A DNA stretch of 64,000 nt. Origin: Squalus acanthias (taxonomy: Eukaryota). Position numbers and translations under genes: made by a program. Every line of letters starts with the position of its first letter. The stretch's first letter is position 1. The notes under the pieces are model-generated. The model had not been told where the DNA came from, made no database searches, and was given only the letters and a program-made list of their open reading frames with translations. This document shows, in pieces, positions 51,894-62,836 of this stretch. Location of the stretch: the NCBI GenBank assembly GCA_030390025.1, contig CM059432.1, positions 98,148,001-98,212,000 on the forward strand. Direction: 5' to 3'.

Positions 51894-53373
51894 TGTAATG
51901 GAATAGCCATATTTCAGAAAAATACACCATCCTATAAACAGATTTTTGATAATATTAAAACATGACAAACTGGGGTTAAAAATCTGAAAGCCTCGGCGAC
52001 ACAGGCTGTAAAACAGAAATACAAGCTTATGAGATAAGATGGTTTGTTAATACAAAGCTGTGAACACAAGCTTTGAAATGGGAATTGGTTTGTAAATACA
52101 GAGCCAAAGCCCCTATTGAAGCAAACGATTGGCGCTTCCAGAATGTCTAGAGTTTGGGAGAAACACAATGGAATGACCCAAGTAAAGTGTTATAATCTAA
52201 CACATCGAACAGGTGCACAGAACATTAACAAAATTAGGTGCCTTTGAAAAAATGACATCAAGTAAAAGAAATACCTGTCGTAAAATAGTTTTATGTTAAA
52301 CTTAGAAACAGGAAACACGATTAAATATGCAACTAATTGAGATAGCAAGAAAACAAGTAAACACCCTAAGAGAAGTGTTTTCAATTTACAAGTTGTAAAA
52401 TATACCGACAGAAAGGCTTTGAAAATATAACATCAATAGATGACATCAAGCAATTACATTGTTTTTGTATTGAAAATGGAATAGTTAGGAGACACGACGT
52501 CTGGCTTACAAGTAGTTAAGTGATATTAGAAATTCAATAGAAAGACATCCTAAGAATCATATCAAATAAATACTACTGTCATATTGTTTTTTATGATGGT
52601 TTTTGAAACACCTAAACCGGAGACAAGTCAAAAAGCTAACAGCTGATATGACAATAAAGAATAGAAGGTCAGCAAAGAATGACTTGAAACAATTATCTTA
52701 CAACAGGAAAACTTCAAAGGATAAACCACCAAAAAAAGATATAAAAATAAGAGCTTTTCAAATGGAAAGTCAGAAGACGCTGGGAAGGCAAGCGTTTCTC
52801 AACTTCACAGACACGCTCTGTAAGTTTACAATTCTGAGTCTCGGGTAATCAAGGCATTTGATTTTGGTGGATATTCTGGATTAAGAAATAAGTAGAAGTG
52901 TGGAAAAGTAACGAAGTTAAGATTTGAGAAGAAGGATCTCTGATAAGAAATGTAAACTCTTTGTATTTTGAATGGTTAAAATTACGATTGCCATAACAGA
53001 TGTTAACTAAATGTCGGTTCTTTAATAAGTCTATATATTTTTAGAATTATCTCACAGAGTATTTCTGTATAAACTCGCAAACTCAATTTCTGTACACTCT
53101 TCAGTGAGGAGTTGCAGAATTCTGGGGGGTATTCCGGACCCTCATAATATCCGGAAGGTTACAGTCTAGTTAAACTTATTAAAAGTACTATCCGGAGGAC
53201 GGTAACATTTTCAGACCGTTTCTTTCCTTTAGGGAGAGGTAGTCTGACCTTTAGACCCAATTAAGCGTCTTATGGGATCCGGCTATCTCTAACTTTAGTT
53301 GAAGGTGAACGTCTGGGGAATACACCTGATCTGGGGTAGTCCGAAAGGGCTAGGACTTGTAATTTTCCCTTCA
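51894..53373 (+). repeat. 5' LTR, 1480 bp
   Basis: TGTAATGG...CCCTTCA. TATAAAA at 52740-52746. AATAAG at 53024-53029 aligns with AATAAA in the relative near 10.7 kb. Confidence 0.97.
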
Positions 53374-53375
53374 GT

Positions 53376-53393
53376 TGCCGCCCAATGTGTGTG
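53376..53393 (+). promoter_or_regulatory. Primer-binding site, degenerate tRNA-Lys1,2 type
   Basis: TGCCGCCCAATGTGTGTG two bases after the LTR, 13/18 match to TGGCGCCCAACGTGGGGC, the primer type used by foamy viruses. Confidence 0.8.
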
Positions 53394-53669
53394 TTAACGA
53401 GTTGGTACAGAACCTATACTTATATTTATATCTATATATATCCTGTAGATTGTTAAGTATAGAAGGAGTGTTTTACTGACAGTGGTTCTAAGACCCAGAT
53501 TTAAGTCTCGAGAGACGACAAGTCCCTGATCAGGCCTTGTAGAACTTAAATCAGAACTCCCTCAATATGCCATTGAGGTCTAGAAGCTTCTTATAAAGTT
53601 CAAATTAAACCCTAACCAAGGTTAGGTCCTGACGCAATTAAATCCTAACCGAGGTTAGGTCCTGAAGAA

Positions 53670-55250
53670 ATGGCAAACCCTGTCGGAATTGGCCAAGTCT
53701 TTTTGTTAGAAAATTTAAACGATTGCTTTATTAGTGGAAATAATCCTATCCCTGAACCTCCACAAGACCAAGTGATAATTTTTGAAATAGAAGGCTTTGA
53801 TGCCGAAGGAGCCGTTAGAACTCATGTCACGATTAATGTTGATCCCCAGAACCAGGGGATACAGAATATCCTGTGGGATAATCAAACAAATACTCCAGAT
53901 CCAAAAATTCCTTAATGATAAGGTGCACACCTGCACAATTGGGAGGCCTAATGAACGGTGCCCAACAAGGTGGTGGCAACCTTGGACGAATAGCAGGACC
54001 CGGAGCAGCCTATGTTCCTGGTGGCCATGGATTCCGGTTAAGGTGGCAAACTCATGAAGAAATAAATGACCAAAATCTTCGAGAAAACTATAGACAGCTT
54101 AGAATTCATTATAATCAATGCTGACAGGCACTGGCTCACTCTTATCTAAATGCTGGAGGCGCAATGATTACTGGTCCAGTAAACCAACCCCAGCAACCAC
54201 AAATTGCACCCCTAGGTCAAGTAAACCTGAGTTCTATCTATACGATGTGTGGTAAACCAGGAAACACCAGCCAGGAAAAAACCTGCTGGATTCTAAATAA
54301 CCTTGATAAATTGGAAACCTGTTGCCAAGATTGGAATGCTCAACACCTGAGGCAACTACTGCAAATGATACTAAGTTCAGACTTAATTCCCCCATTAAAC
54401 CAGTGTAACAACTGGGTTCAAATATACGCTTATGTTCTCACGGCAACTCAGGAGGGCATGTAATGGGTTCCATCAAGGAAATACTCACTAATACAGCCAC
54501 AACTAAAGGGCTGGTAGCTGCCTACAGAATAGGCAAAGTACTTACACAGGATAATTGGGATATTGTCCACGGTTGCCTGGCCAATCAATACCAAAATACA
54601 GCCCTCAAACTTGCTTGTGAGGGTGCTCTAAATGATTATCGAGATAACCAACAAAAATGGGATAATGTCAATCGCATTATCCAATTAAATCATGACCTCT
54701 TAGTTCTACCCCAAACTAAACCTATGATGAGATCAGAAACTAGGGATAAAAAAAACAGAGAAGGTACCTTTGGTACTCAGAAAGAAGGACTGTATAGACC
54801 CAAGTCTCAAGTCCACCCCGCCCAGACACAAACTCGTGGCTCGGGACCCCCAAGAGGGTATTCCAGAAGGTTTACAACCCCAACTCGCCCACAATACGAG
54901 AAAGATTTTTCCACAGAAAGATGGGATAGACGAGGGGCTAGACCTCGAAAGGAAAGCGAAGGACAGTGGACTCCCTATGGGGACAGCTTTTACACTGGCC
55001 AAAGTTATCAAAGAGCCATGGGAGGATATCGGGAAAACCAATATGGGGATCAAAAAGATTCCCGGCAGAACCAACGTCCACCCCAACAGGAGGATCGTCA
55101 AGATCATAAACGGTCCGACAAAACCCCTCAGGGATCTGGAAAACATGAAACCACCAAGAGGGAGGAACAAAAATCAGTTAAAATAATTAAAGACAAAGAA
55201 GCGAATAAAACTCAGAATTCTGAGGATGAACAATCCCAGGATTGGAGGCC
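53670..55250 (+). pseudogene. gag: Foamy-type gag, broken by frameshifts and stops
   Basis: Consecutive ORFs at 53670, 53915, 54164 and 54463. N-terminus LENLNDCFISGNNPIPEPPQDQVIIFEIEGF resembles the spumavirus Gag N-domain. G/R/Q-rich C-terminus with no CCHC knuckle. The 3' end is approximate. Confidence 0.75.
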
Positions 55251-57370
55251 TGGCACCCAGCCAGGGCCTCTTGAATTCCCCTATGCCTCGGCAACCTTGT
55301 CCACAACCACACAAGTGAAAGCCCAATTTGTAAAAAAAACCATTAGGGGGATTGACACAAGACAAAACCAAGATAATTAATTTATACAAAATACCTATTA
55401 CTATATATGGAATTACAGTGACCCTAGATGTAGGACTGGTATCACAATTGGCCTGTTCCCTCATTATAGGACAAATAGACATGCAACATTACCTTAAAAT
55501 TTCAACCAAACCTGTACAAGCATCCACATGGATGACAGGGAAAAACATGTTCGAACACAGCTTGATCGAACTTGCCTAGAAGGGGGAGGCAAAAGACCTC
55601 CTCGAGCAACTCATTAAAAAATATTACCCTTATCTATAACGCCATCCAAATCAATGTGGAAAGATAGAGCATCCCCATCATGGAGGATGATGATACAGAG
55701 GAGGGAATCAGACAAATACCTATGAGACCGCTTATAGAATACCATCAAGTTATTTACTGTGATGGATCGTCAACGACGATTAAAAAAGAGACATCCCATA
55801 AATCTTCAGCTGGGATGGGGATAGTAGTAGGGACCTTTCGAGTTTCCTATTCTTTTTATACAGAAGAATTTCTGTCTAAACCCCTTGACCATAAGACAGA
55901 GCAATATGCTGAAGCCACAGCATTACGGTGTGCTTTAGAGAAAGCAGACTTTATTAAACCCACACTGTGGGAAGAAATTCTCCATTCGAGGATGGAGAAA
56001 CAGAATTGTCAGGTGATTAATGTAAACGGGCGTACCACTGGAATAAGTACACTCAAAAGGAAACAGCCTTGCTGACGAACAAGCGAAACGTTCGGTCTGC
56101 ATGACACCCCCTCGAGAGGGGCCTGCCAATGTTAATGTAATCACTAAGGCAGAACGGGCAGCTAATCAGGATGATGAGCTGATTCAGCTATTAGACCCGA
56201 TAACAGAGCATTCCACCAGAATATCCACCAAAGTACTTTTACTCGGAAACCCCTACGGGTATTGTACTAGTTAAGTTGCCCAAGGGAAACCGAGAAGTAC
56301 CCGCGAGCCACAAATGAGAACAGCTTGTAAAAGAAGCTCACAAGGGCATGAGTTAAGTACATTGTGGTGCCAGAACAACATTCTGTAAATTGACCCTCTT
56401 ATATTGGTGGCCAGGCATGCTTAGAGCCTGTAAAACATACGTGGCAAATTGTGAGCCATGATATTTGACTAGTAAGTCATCACTAAATTAAGCCACCACC
56501 ATTGGCTCTTGTGAAAGCTGATGAGCAAATGGGAAAATTCTTTATTGACTTTATTGGACCACTACCCCCATCTTTGGGATATAGACATGTTCTTGTTTGT
56601 GTGGATGGATGCACTTCCTTTTGCTGGCTGGTCCCCACAAAAACTGTTTCGGAAAACGCACTCGCCAGGGCTATTTCTGATATAATTACTGTAGCTGCTG
56701 CACCCAAAATCTTACACTCCGTTAAAGGCGGGGCCTTTGTATCCAAGGTCTTCATAGCCTACTGTGAACAAAGGGGGATTGGGTTAGAGCACAGCACACC
56801 ACGTCATCCGCAATCAGCGGGGCTGGTGGAATGTAAAAATCGGGAAGTAATAAAGTTATTGGTCAAACTGTTGGGAATCAGGGAGAATAAGTGGACCGCC
56901 ATCATTACGGAAGTACAGCTATCACTCAATAATGTGCCCACATCTGCATCAGGGACAGTGTCCCCTAACACTCCATATTATCTGATGTATGGGGTTGAAA
57001 TGCATACACTGCTTACCCATAGTTCTTTTATTGCCTCTACACACTCTGAGTCCTTGACCCGACAGCGACAGTTAGATTTTTTTTTTAAAGTAACAGAGGA
57101 GATTCATCGAATTGATCAGATCAGAGGATAAGGGAAGCAAATAGGCAGAAAAAATTGACAAATAAAGCATGACAACCCATAGTAGGAGAATGGGTACAGG
57201 AAAAGAAGTTCGAGCAGAAACCTGGTTTAAGACCGAAGTGGAAAAAACCTGTTCAAATACATTCTGTTATTAATGAAAGAACAGTTCAAGTACATGTTAA
57301 CCAGCTGAATGGCAAGCATATTTTTAAAACTGTCTCCATAGACAATATCAAAAGATGTCCTGCAGGATAC
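55250..57370 (+). pseudogene. pol: pol remnant: protease traces, RT polymerase domain deleted (~55680), RNase H, integrase
   Basis: RNase H VIYCDGS...SSAGMGIV. Integrase AH...HCG...YWWPGM...CEP, core FFIDFIGPLPPSLGY...HSTPRHPQSAGLVE, C-terminal LRPKWKKP...KTVSIDNIK. The second catalytic Asp reads Val (LHSVKG). Confidence 0.92.
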
Positions 57371-57990
57371 CGAAAAGGAGGAACAATACAAGGTGCAGTC
57401 ATACACTGTCTTTTAAGACCCAGCTTGGAGCACGACACAGGAAATGGATGCGATCGAATTACTGACGATGGGAAGTCAGAAGGTGTCATCGGCTCTTCTA
57501 CACGTTGCTTGGCAACGCATCAGGATTTGGATTTGTGAAAAGCAACAACCGAAACAAGGAAAGATCAACGAGTTACTTTAACGAAGGAGGAAGACATTGC
57601 GGATAAAGAAGGAATCAACTGAATGCCTCGCAAGGCCTTTATGAATACAAGCATCGGTACACACACCGGATCGAAGGACCAGCATGTCAAGCTTCAACTA
57701 GTTTCAAATTACGTCTCCTTGACTCGTGTGAATACCTCACCTATACGGAACATACATCTGCCGATTGGACATTCTAAGTACATGTTGTTTCGCTAATAGC
57801 ATGACTATGTACTATCATCCTTTTAAATTGTGTTCAATTTACAATAAGGCAAAACATAGTCTTAGGATGATTTAAAAGGAATTTTCATGTAGCACATGAT
57901 TGTGCATCTCGTGAACTTAATATGCTATTATAACCTTATGAGTATCATTGACCAAACTCTGCCATGAATTTTTAAGCTCATCTTTTGGTC

Positions 57991-57999
57991 AAGAGGGGG
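57991..57999 (+). promoter_or_regulatory. Polypurine tract
   Basis: AAGAGGGGG directly abuts the TG of the 3' LTR. Confidence 0.9.
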
Positions 58000-59396
58000 T
58001 GTAATGGAATAGCCATATTTCAGAAAAATACACCATCCTATAAACAGATTTTTGATAATATTAAAACATGACAAACTGGGGTTAAAAATCTGAAAGCCTC
58101 AGCGACACAGGCCGTAAAACAGAAATACAAGCTTATGAGATAAGATGGTTTGTTAATACAAAGCTGTGAACACAAGCTTTGAAATGGGAATTGGTTTGTA
58201 AATACAGAGCCAAAGCCCCTATTGAAGCAAACCATTGGCGCTTCCAGAATGTCTAGAGTTTAGGAGAAAAACAATGGAATGACCCAAGTAAAGTGTTATA
58301 ATCTAACACGTCGAACAGGTGCACAGAACATTAAAAAAACCAAGTGCCTTTGAAAAAATGACATCAAGTAAAAGAAATACCTGTCGTAAAATAGTTTTAT
58401 GTTAAACTTAGAAACAGGAAACACGATTAAATATGCAACTAATTGAGATAGCAAGAAAACAAGTAAACACCCTAAGAGAAGTGTTTTCAATTTACAAGTT
58501 GTAAAATATACCGACAGAAAGGCTTTGAAAATATAACATCAATAGATGACATCAAGCAATTACATTGTTCTTGTATTGAAAATGGAATAGTTAGGAGACA
58601 CGACGTCTGGCTTACAAGTAGTTAAGTGATATTAGAAATTCAATAGAAAGACATCCTAAGAATCACATCAAATAAATACTACTGTCATATTGTTTTTTAT
58701 GATGGTTTTTGAAACACCTAAACCAGAGACAAGTCAAAAAGCTAACAGCTGATATGACAATAAAGAATAGAAGGTCAGCAAAGAATGACTTGAAACAATT
58801 ATCTTACAACAGGAAAACTTCAAAGGATAAACCACCAAAAAAAGATATAAAAATAAGAGCTTTTCAAATGGAAAGTCAGAAGACGCTGGGAAGGCAAGCG
58901 TTTCTCAACTTCACAGACACGCTCTGTAAGTTTACAATTCTGAGTCTCGGGTAATCAAGGCATTTGATTTTGGTGGATATTCTGGATTAAGAAATAAGTA
59001 GAAGTGTGGAAAAGTAATGAAGTTAAGATTTGAGAATAAGGGGTAGAAATTAGGTCGCGCCCCATTTGGGGCGCAAATATCGTCCGAGCGCAAATATTAG
59101 CGCCTGGCGCTAATTATCGGCACTGACAGGAAACTTCACTTTTACTGCCCCGGGAGGTGAGTGGAGCGCTAAATTAGGCGCTGCACACCTCTCTTAAGGC
59201 GCAAAGGCCTAGGAGTGAGGCGCTACCTCAGCGCACGAGCGCAGCGCAGCTGCTGCCAGTTAGCGAGGGAACACAGACACACTGGCGCCGGACACTTCTT
59301 AAAGCGGGGGGGGCCACTTGCTCCCCAGCCACACCCTGCTCATTGCAGCCTTGAATCTCAGCCTGGAGAGACCTGTAATCCATTTTGCTGCCAAGC

Positions 59397-61381
59397 ATGG
59401 AGAGGGTGAGAGAACGCGCTCATCGCTTCACCGAGCGGGCCTTGGATGCTCTGGTTGGCGCAGTGGAGCGCAGACGATGCATGCTGTTCCCGGAGAGTGG
59501 CAGGAGGCCTTTGTCACGCGAGTTCAGAAGAGTGTGGAGGGAGGTGGCTCAGAGCGTCTCCTCCAGGAGCATGGTGCCCAGGACCCATGTTCAGTGCCGC
59601 AAAAAATTCAACGACCTCACTCGGGTCGTCAGGGTGAGTGGTTTTTTCTCAATACCTCTCCATCCCTCCATCTCAACCTCACTATATGGCCAGAGGGTCT
59701 TAAAACCCCAATGCACAACACTCATGCAACACCTATGGCCCTTTCATCAAACACACACACACATTCCACACTTTGCATACAGTAAGGGCTATTCACCTAT
59801 GGGAGGCACATCAGGCAAGACCATGGCTGCATATTGTAAGGGCTATTCACCTATGGGAGGCACATCAGGCAAGACCATGGCTGCATATTGTAAGGGCTAT
59901 TCACCTATGGGAGGCACATCAGGCAAGACCATGGCTGCATATTGTAAGGGCTATTCACCTATGGGAGGCACATCAGGCAAGACCATGGCTGCATATTGTA
60001 AGGGCTATTCACCTATGGGAGGCACATCAGGCAAGACCATGGCTGCATATTTACTCAGATGCTGTCCTTTTTCTTGCAGGCTAAGCTGGCTCATAATCGG
60101 AGACAACAGCAACGGACGGGTGGAGGGCGGCTTCAGCTGCAACCCCTCAGCGATCTGGAGGAGCGCGTCCACAGGATTGTGGCAAGCCGGGTGATCGGTC
60201 CCGTCGCCACTGGGGACGCCGACCCCATTGTGGACAGCAATGGTAAGGTCATCACCTTTTTGTCCTCTGTCCTTCCACTTGTCCCTCACAATACCAGCCT
60301 TTGACACTTTCAATCCAACTTGCTAACTCGCTGCACTTATTCCTCCCTTACTGCCACCCTGTCCTCACGCTAAAGCCACTCTTGTACCTCCCTGCTTTCA
60401 GATGGTGATTCACCAGCTGAGGAGACGGGCCCTGAAGCTGCCACTGGGAGTGATGCTGCAGCTGAGGAGGAAGAGGAAGCCGGAGCATCAGTGCCACCCT
60501 CTCCCGAGGAAGCCCATGGCCACACTGGGAACACGCCTTCCCCGGAGGGGAGCAGGGGGGAAGGGGCTGATGATGGTGAAGCTCCAGGACCCAGCGGGCT
60601 GCAGCAACGCCATGGGGGGGGGAGGGAAGAACGGGAGCCTTCTCCCCAGAGGGAGAGTATGCCAGACACTCCTACTGCAATGGACGCAGAGGAGGAGCGG
60701 CTGATTGCAGAAATGAACAGCCAGGCGGTGGGCATGCACACTGAGCTCATGGGTGCAGTGGGAAGGGTGCCCGAATGCATTGAGGCACTGGCAAGGAGTG
60801 TGGAGCACTTCGCTGTAGCACAGGCGGATGCCACACTAAAGCTTAGTGCTGCAATTCAGTCACTGGCTGCCAGGAACCCATCTGAGACTGCTCTCATGCA
60901 GACTCAGATTGAGGCCACGCGAGCACTGACTGCTGCCATCCTCGATGGTTCGTGCACATGTCCCCGGGGCTGTCACCGCGCCGCAGCAGGCCAGCAATCT
61001 GTTCTCCGGCAAATTGCTCCGGATGCTGAAGTGCTGCCCCGTGGGAGTGCCAGTGTGTCGGGCGAGCAGGGATTTGCTGTCCTCTCTCACGATGACAGCA
61101 TTCCTGCTGCCAACACTGTCACTTCTCCACTGCACTTGCCACCGCCTGTAGGACAGACTGCTGCCGCCCATGCAGAGTTGGTGCAGTCTGCAGCCGGGCC
61201 CTCCAGGCCCAGAAGTGGTCGAGGCCGTCCTTCAGGGGCAGCTGCAGTGTCAGGGTCTGACGAGCAGCAGCCTTCCACCAGCCTTGCTGCAGCCACTGAG
61301 GTCCCATTACGGAGGAGCAGTAGGGTTAGAAGGGGGGAAGTGCGCAAGGGAAGGAGATCACCCTCGAAGGGCAAAAAGTAG
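59397..61381 (+). CDS. Harbinger Myb/SANT-like DNA-binding protein, exons 59397-59633, 60080-60242, 60402-61381, 459 aa
   Basis: RFTERALDALV...WREVA...RTHVQCRKKFNDL. GT-AG introns in phases 0 and 1 join 237+163+980 nt into one stop-free frame ending at TAG. Confidence 0.9.
59782..60051 (+). repeat. Minisatellite, 5 x 54 bp, in Myb intron 1
   Basis: Unit GTAAGGGCTATTCACCTATGGGAGGCACATCAGGCAAGACCATGGCTGCATATT, with no visible differences between copies. Confidence 0.97.
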
Positions 61382-61675
61382 GAGGTGTGCCAAAATGCTG
61401 GTCATTTTTTTATTAAAGGCCGAGGTTCATGGCCCAACTTTTGTTTAGTGTTTTGGACATTATCTCCAGGTTGTGAGAACCAGTTATGTTATTGACTGTT
61501 TTTTTGTGTTTATTTCTATGAGTTTGTCATGAGGAATTGACACACACAGAGTTTGTACAATAAATAAGTTTCTGTATTCAAAATATACATGGCTGGTGGT
61601 TGGAATTATTGGTGCCTTGGCCGGCTTAGGGGTTGCGTGCTGGGTTGATTCGTGTTTGTAGCAATGGCAGGGGCC

Positions 61676-62836
61676 CTAGAAGCGGCTTGCTATTAGTCGT
61701 TGACGGACGGCCCTTGCAGTTTGACCATTGTGGGCCGCCCTCCTGCCTTGGTGCTGCTGATGATCATCGTCCTCGTCCTGTTCCTCCTCTTCCTCCTCCT
61801 CCTCTGGTGGTGCTGCAAGGCCTGGTGGCATTGGCTGGGTCCTGAGGATTGCCATGTTGTGCAACATGCAGCACACGACTACGAAGTTCGAAACTTGCTC
61901 AGGCGAGTACTGCAGGGCTCCTCCGGAATGGTCCAGACAGCGGAACCGTTGTTTCAGCACGCCGATTGTGCGCTCAATAATGTTCCTGGTTGCTTGATGG
62001 CTTTCCTGGTACCGCAGCTCAGCAGGGGTGTTTGGCGCACGGAGCGGTGTCATCAGCCAGGTGCTCAATGCGTACCCCTTGTCCCCCAGAAGCCAACCAA
62101 CTGGCTGATGCGGTGCCTCGAAAATTTCTGCCACAGTAGTCTGGCGCAGGATGAAAGCATCGTGGCAGCTGCCCGGATAGTGGGCATTGACAGCGAGAAT
62201 CACCTGTCTGTGGTCACAGACCAACTGCACATTCAAGGAATGGAACCCCTTTCTGTTCCTGAATTCCTCTGCATTCTCTCGCGGAGCACGCAAAGCCACA
62301 TGCGTGCAGTCAATGGCGACCTGCACCATGGGGAAGCCCGCTACCCTCGCAAAGCCCATAGCACAGTCATGCTGCTTGTCTGGGGTCATAGGGAAAGAGA
62401 TGAAGTCTCGTCTCCTTCTGAAGAGGGCATTGGTGACCTGCCGGATGCAGCGATGCACCGCAAACTGGGAGATATTGGCGAGGTCCCCAACAGCAGCTTG
62501 GAATGAGCCAGTGGCGTAGAAGTTCAAAGCCACTGTGACCTTCACTGCCACCGACAGAGACGTCCTGGACCTCAGCTGAGGCTGCAGATCTGGCTGCAGC
62601 AGGTGGCAGAGCTCAGTGACCACCTCCTTGCTGAATCGCAGCCTTCGCAAACACAGCTCCTCGGACATATGGATGTAGGAGAGCTGTTCACGATATACCC
62701 TGGGAGGGTAAGCTCTCCTGTACATGCGCCTGATGGCCCTCCTCCGTCTGGCCATCATTGCCACTCTCTGTCTGCGTCTCACTATCCTCCGATTGAGCTG
62801 GAGCAGGACGACGCCCCCAATCATTGCAGCCCCCAT
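61676..62836 (-). CDS. Harbinger DDE transposase (HARBI1-like family), 386 aa
   Basis: [48 protein letters not shown]. Open from ATG to stop. Confidence 0.96.
   Translation of the reverse strand: MGAAMIGGVVLLQLNRRIVRRRQRVAMMARRRRAIRRMYRRAYPPRVYREQLSYIHMSEELCLRRLRFSKEVVTELCHLLQPDLQPQLRSRTSLSVAVKVTVALNFYATGSFQAAVGDLANISQFAVHRCIRQVTNALFRRRRDFISFPMTPDKQHDCAMGFARVAGFPMVQVAIDCTHVALRAPRENAEEFRNRKGFHSLNVQLVCDHRQVILAVNAHYPGSCHDAFILRQTTVAEIFEAPHQPVGWLLGDKGYALSTWLMTPLRAPNTPAELRYQESHQATRNIIERTIGVLKQRFRCLDHSGGALQYSPEQVSNFVVVCCMLHNMAILRTQPMPPGLAAPPEEEEEEEEQDEDDDHQQHQGRRAAHNGQTARAVRQRLIASRF

Noticed and set aside
59782..60051. CRISPR-like array
   Set aside because: Head-to-tail identical units with no spacers, no cas genes, and a vertebrate context.
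59385..60194. 269-aa repeat protein as the true gene product
   Set aside because: It is exon 1 read through the intron. The spliced model matches exons seen in other Harbinger copies.
61676..62836. Domesticated host HARBI1/NAIF1 genes
   Set aside because: Bounded by TIRs and a TSD, inserted in an LTR, and multicopy, so a transposon.
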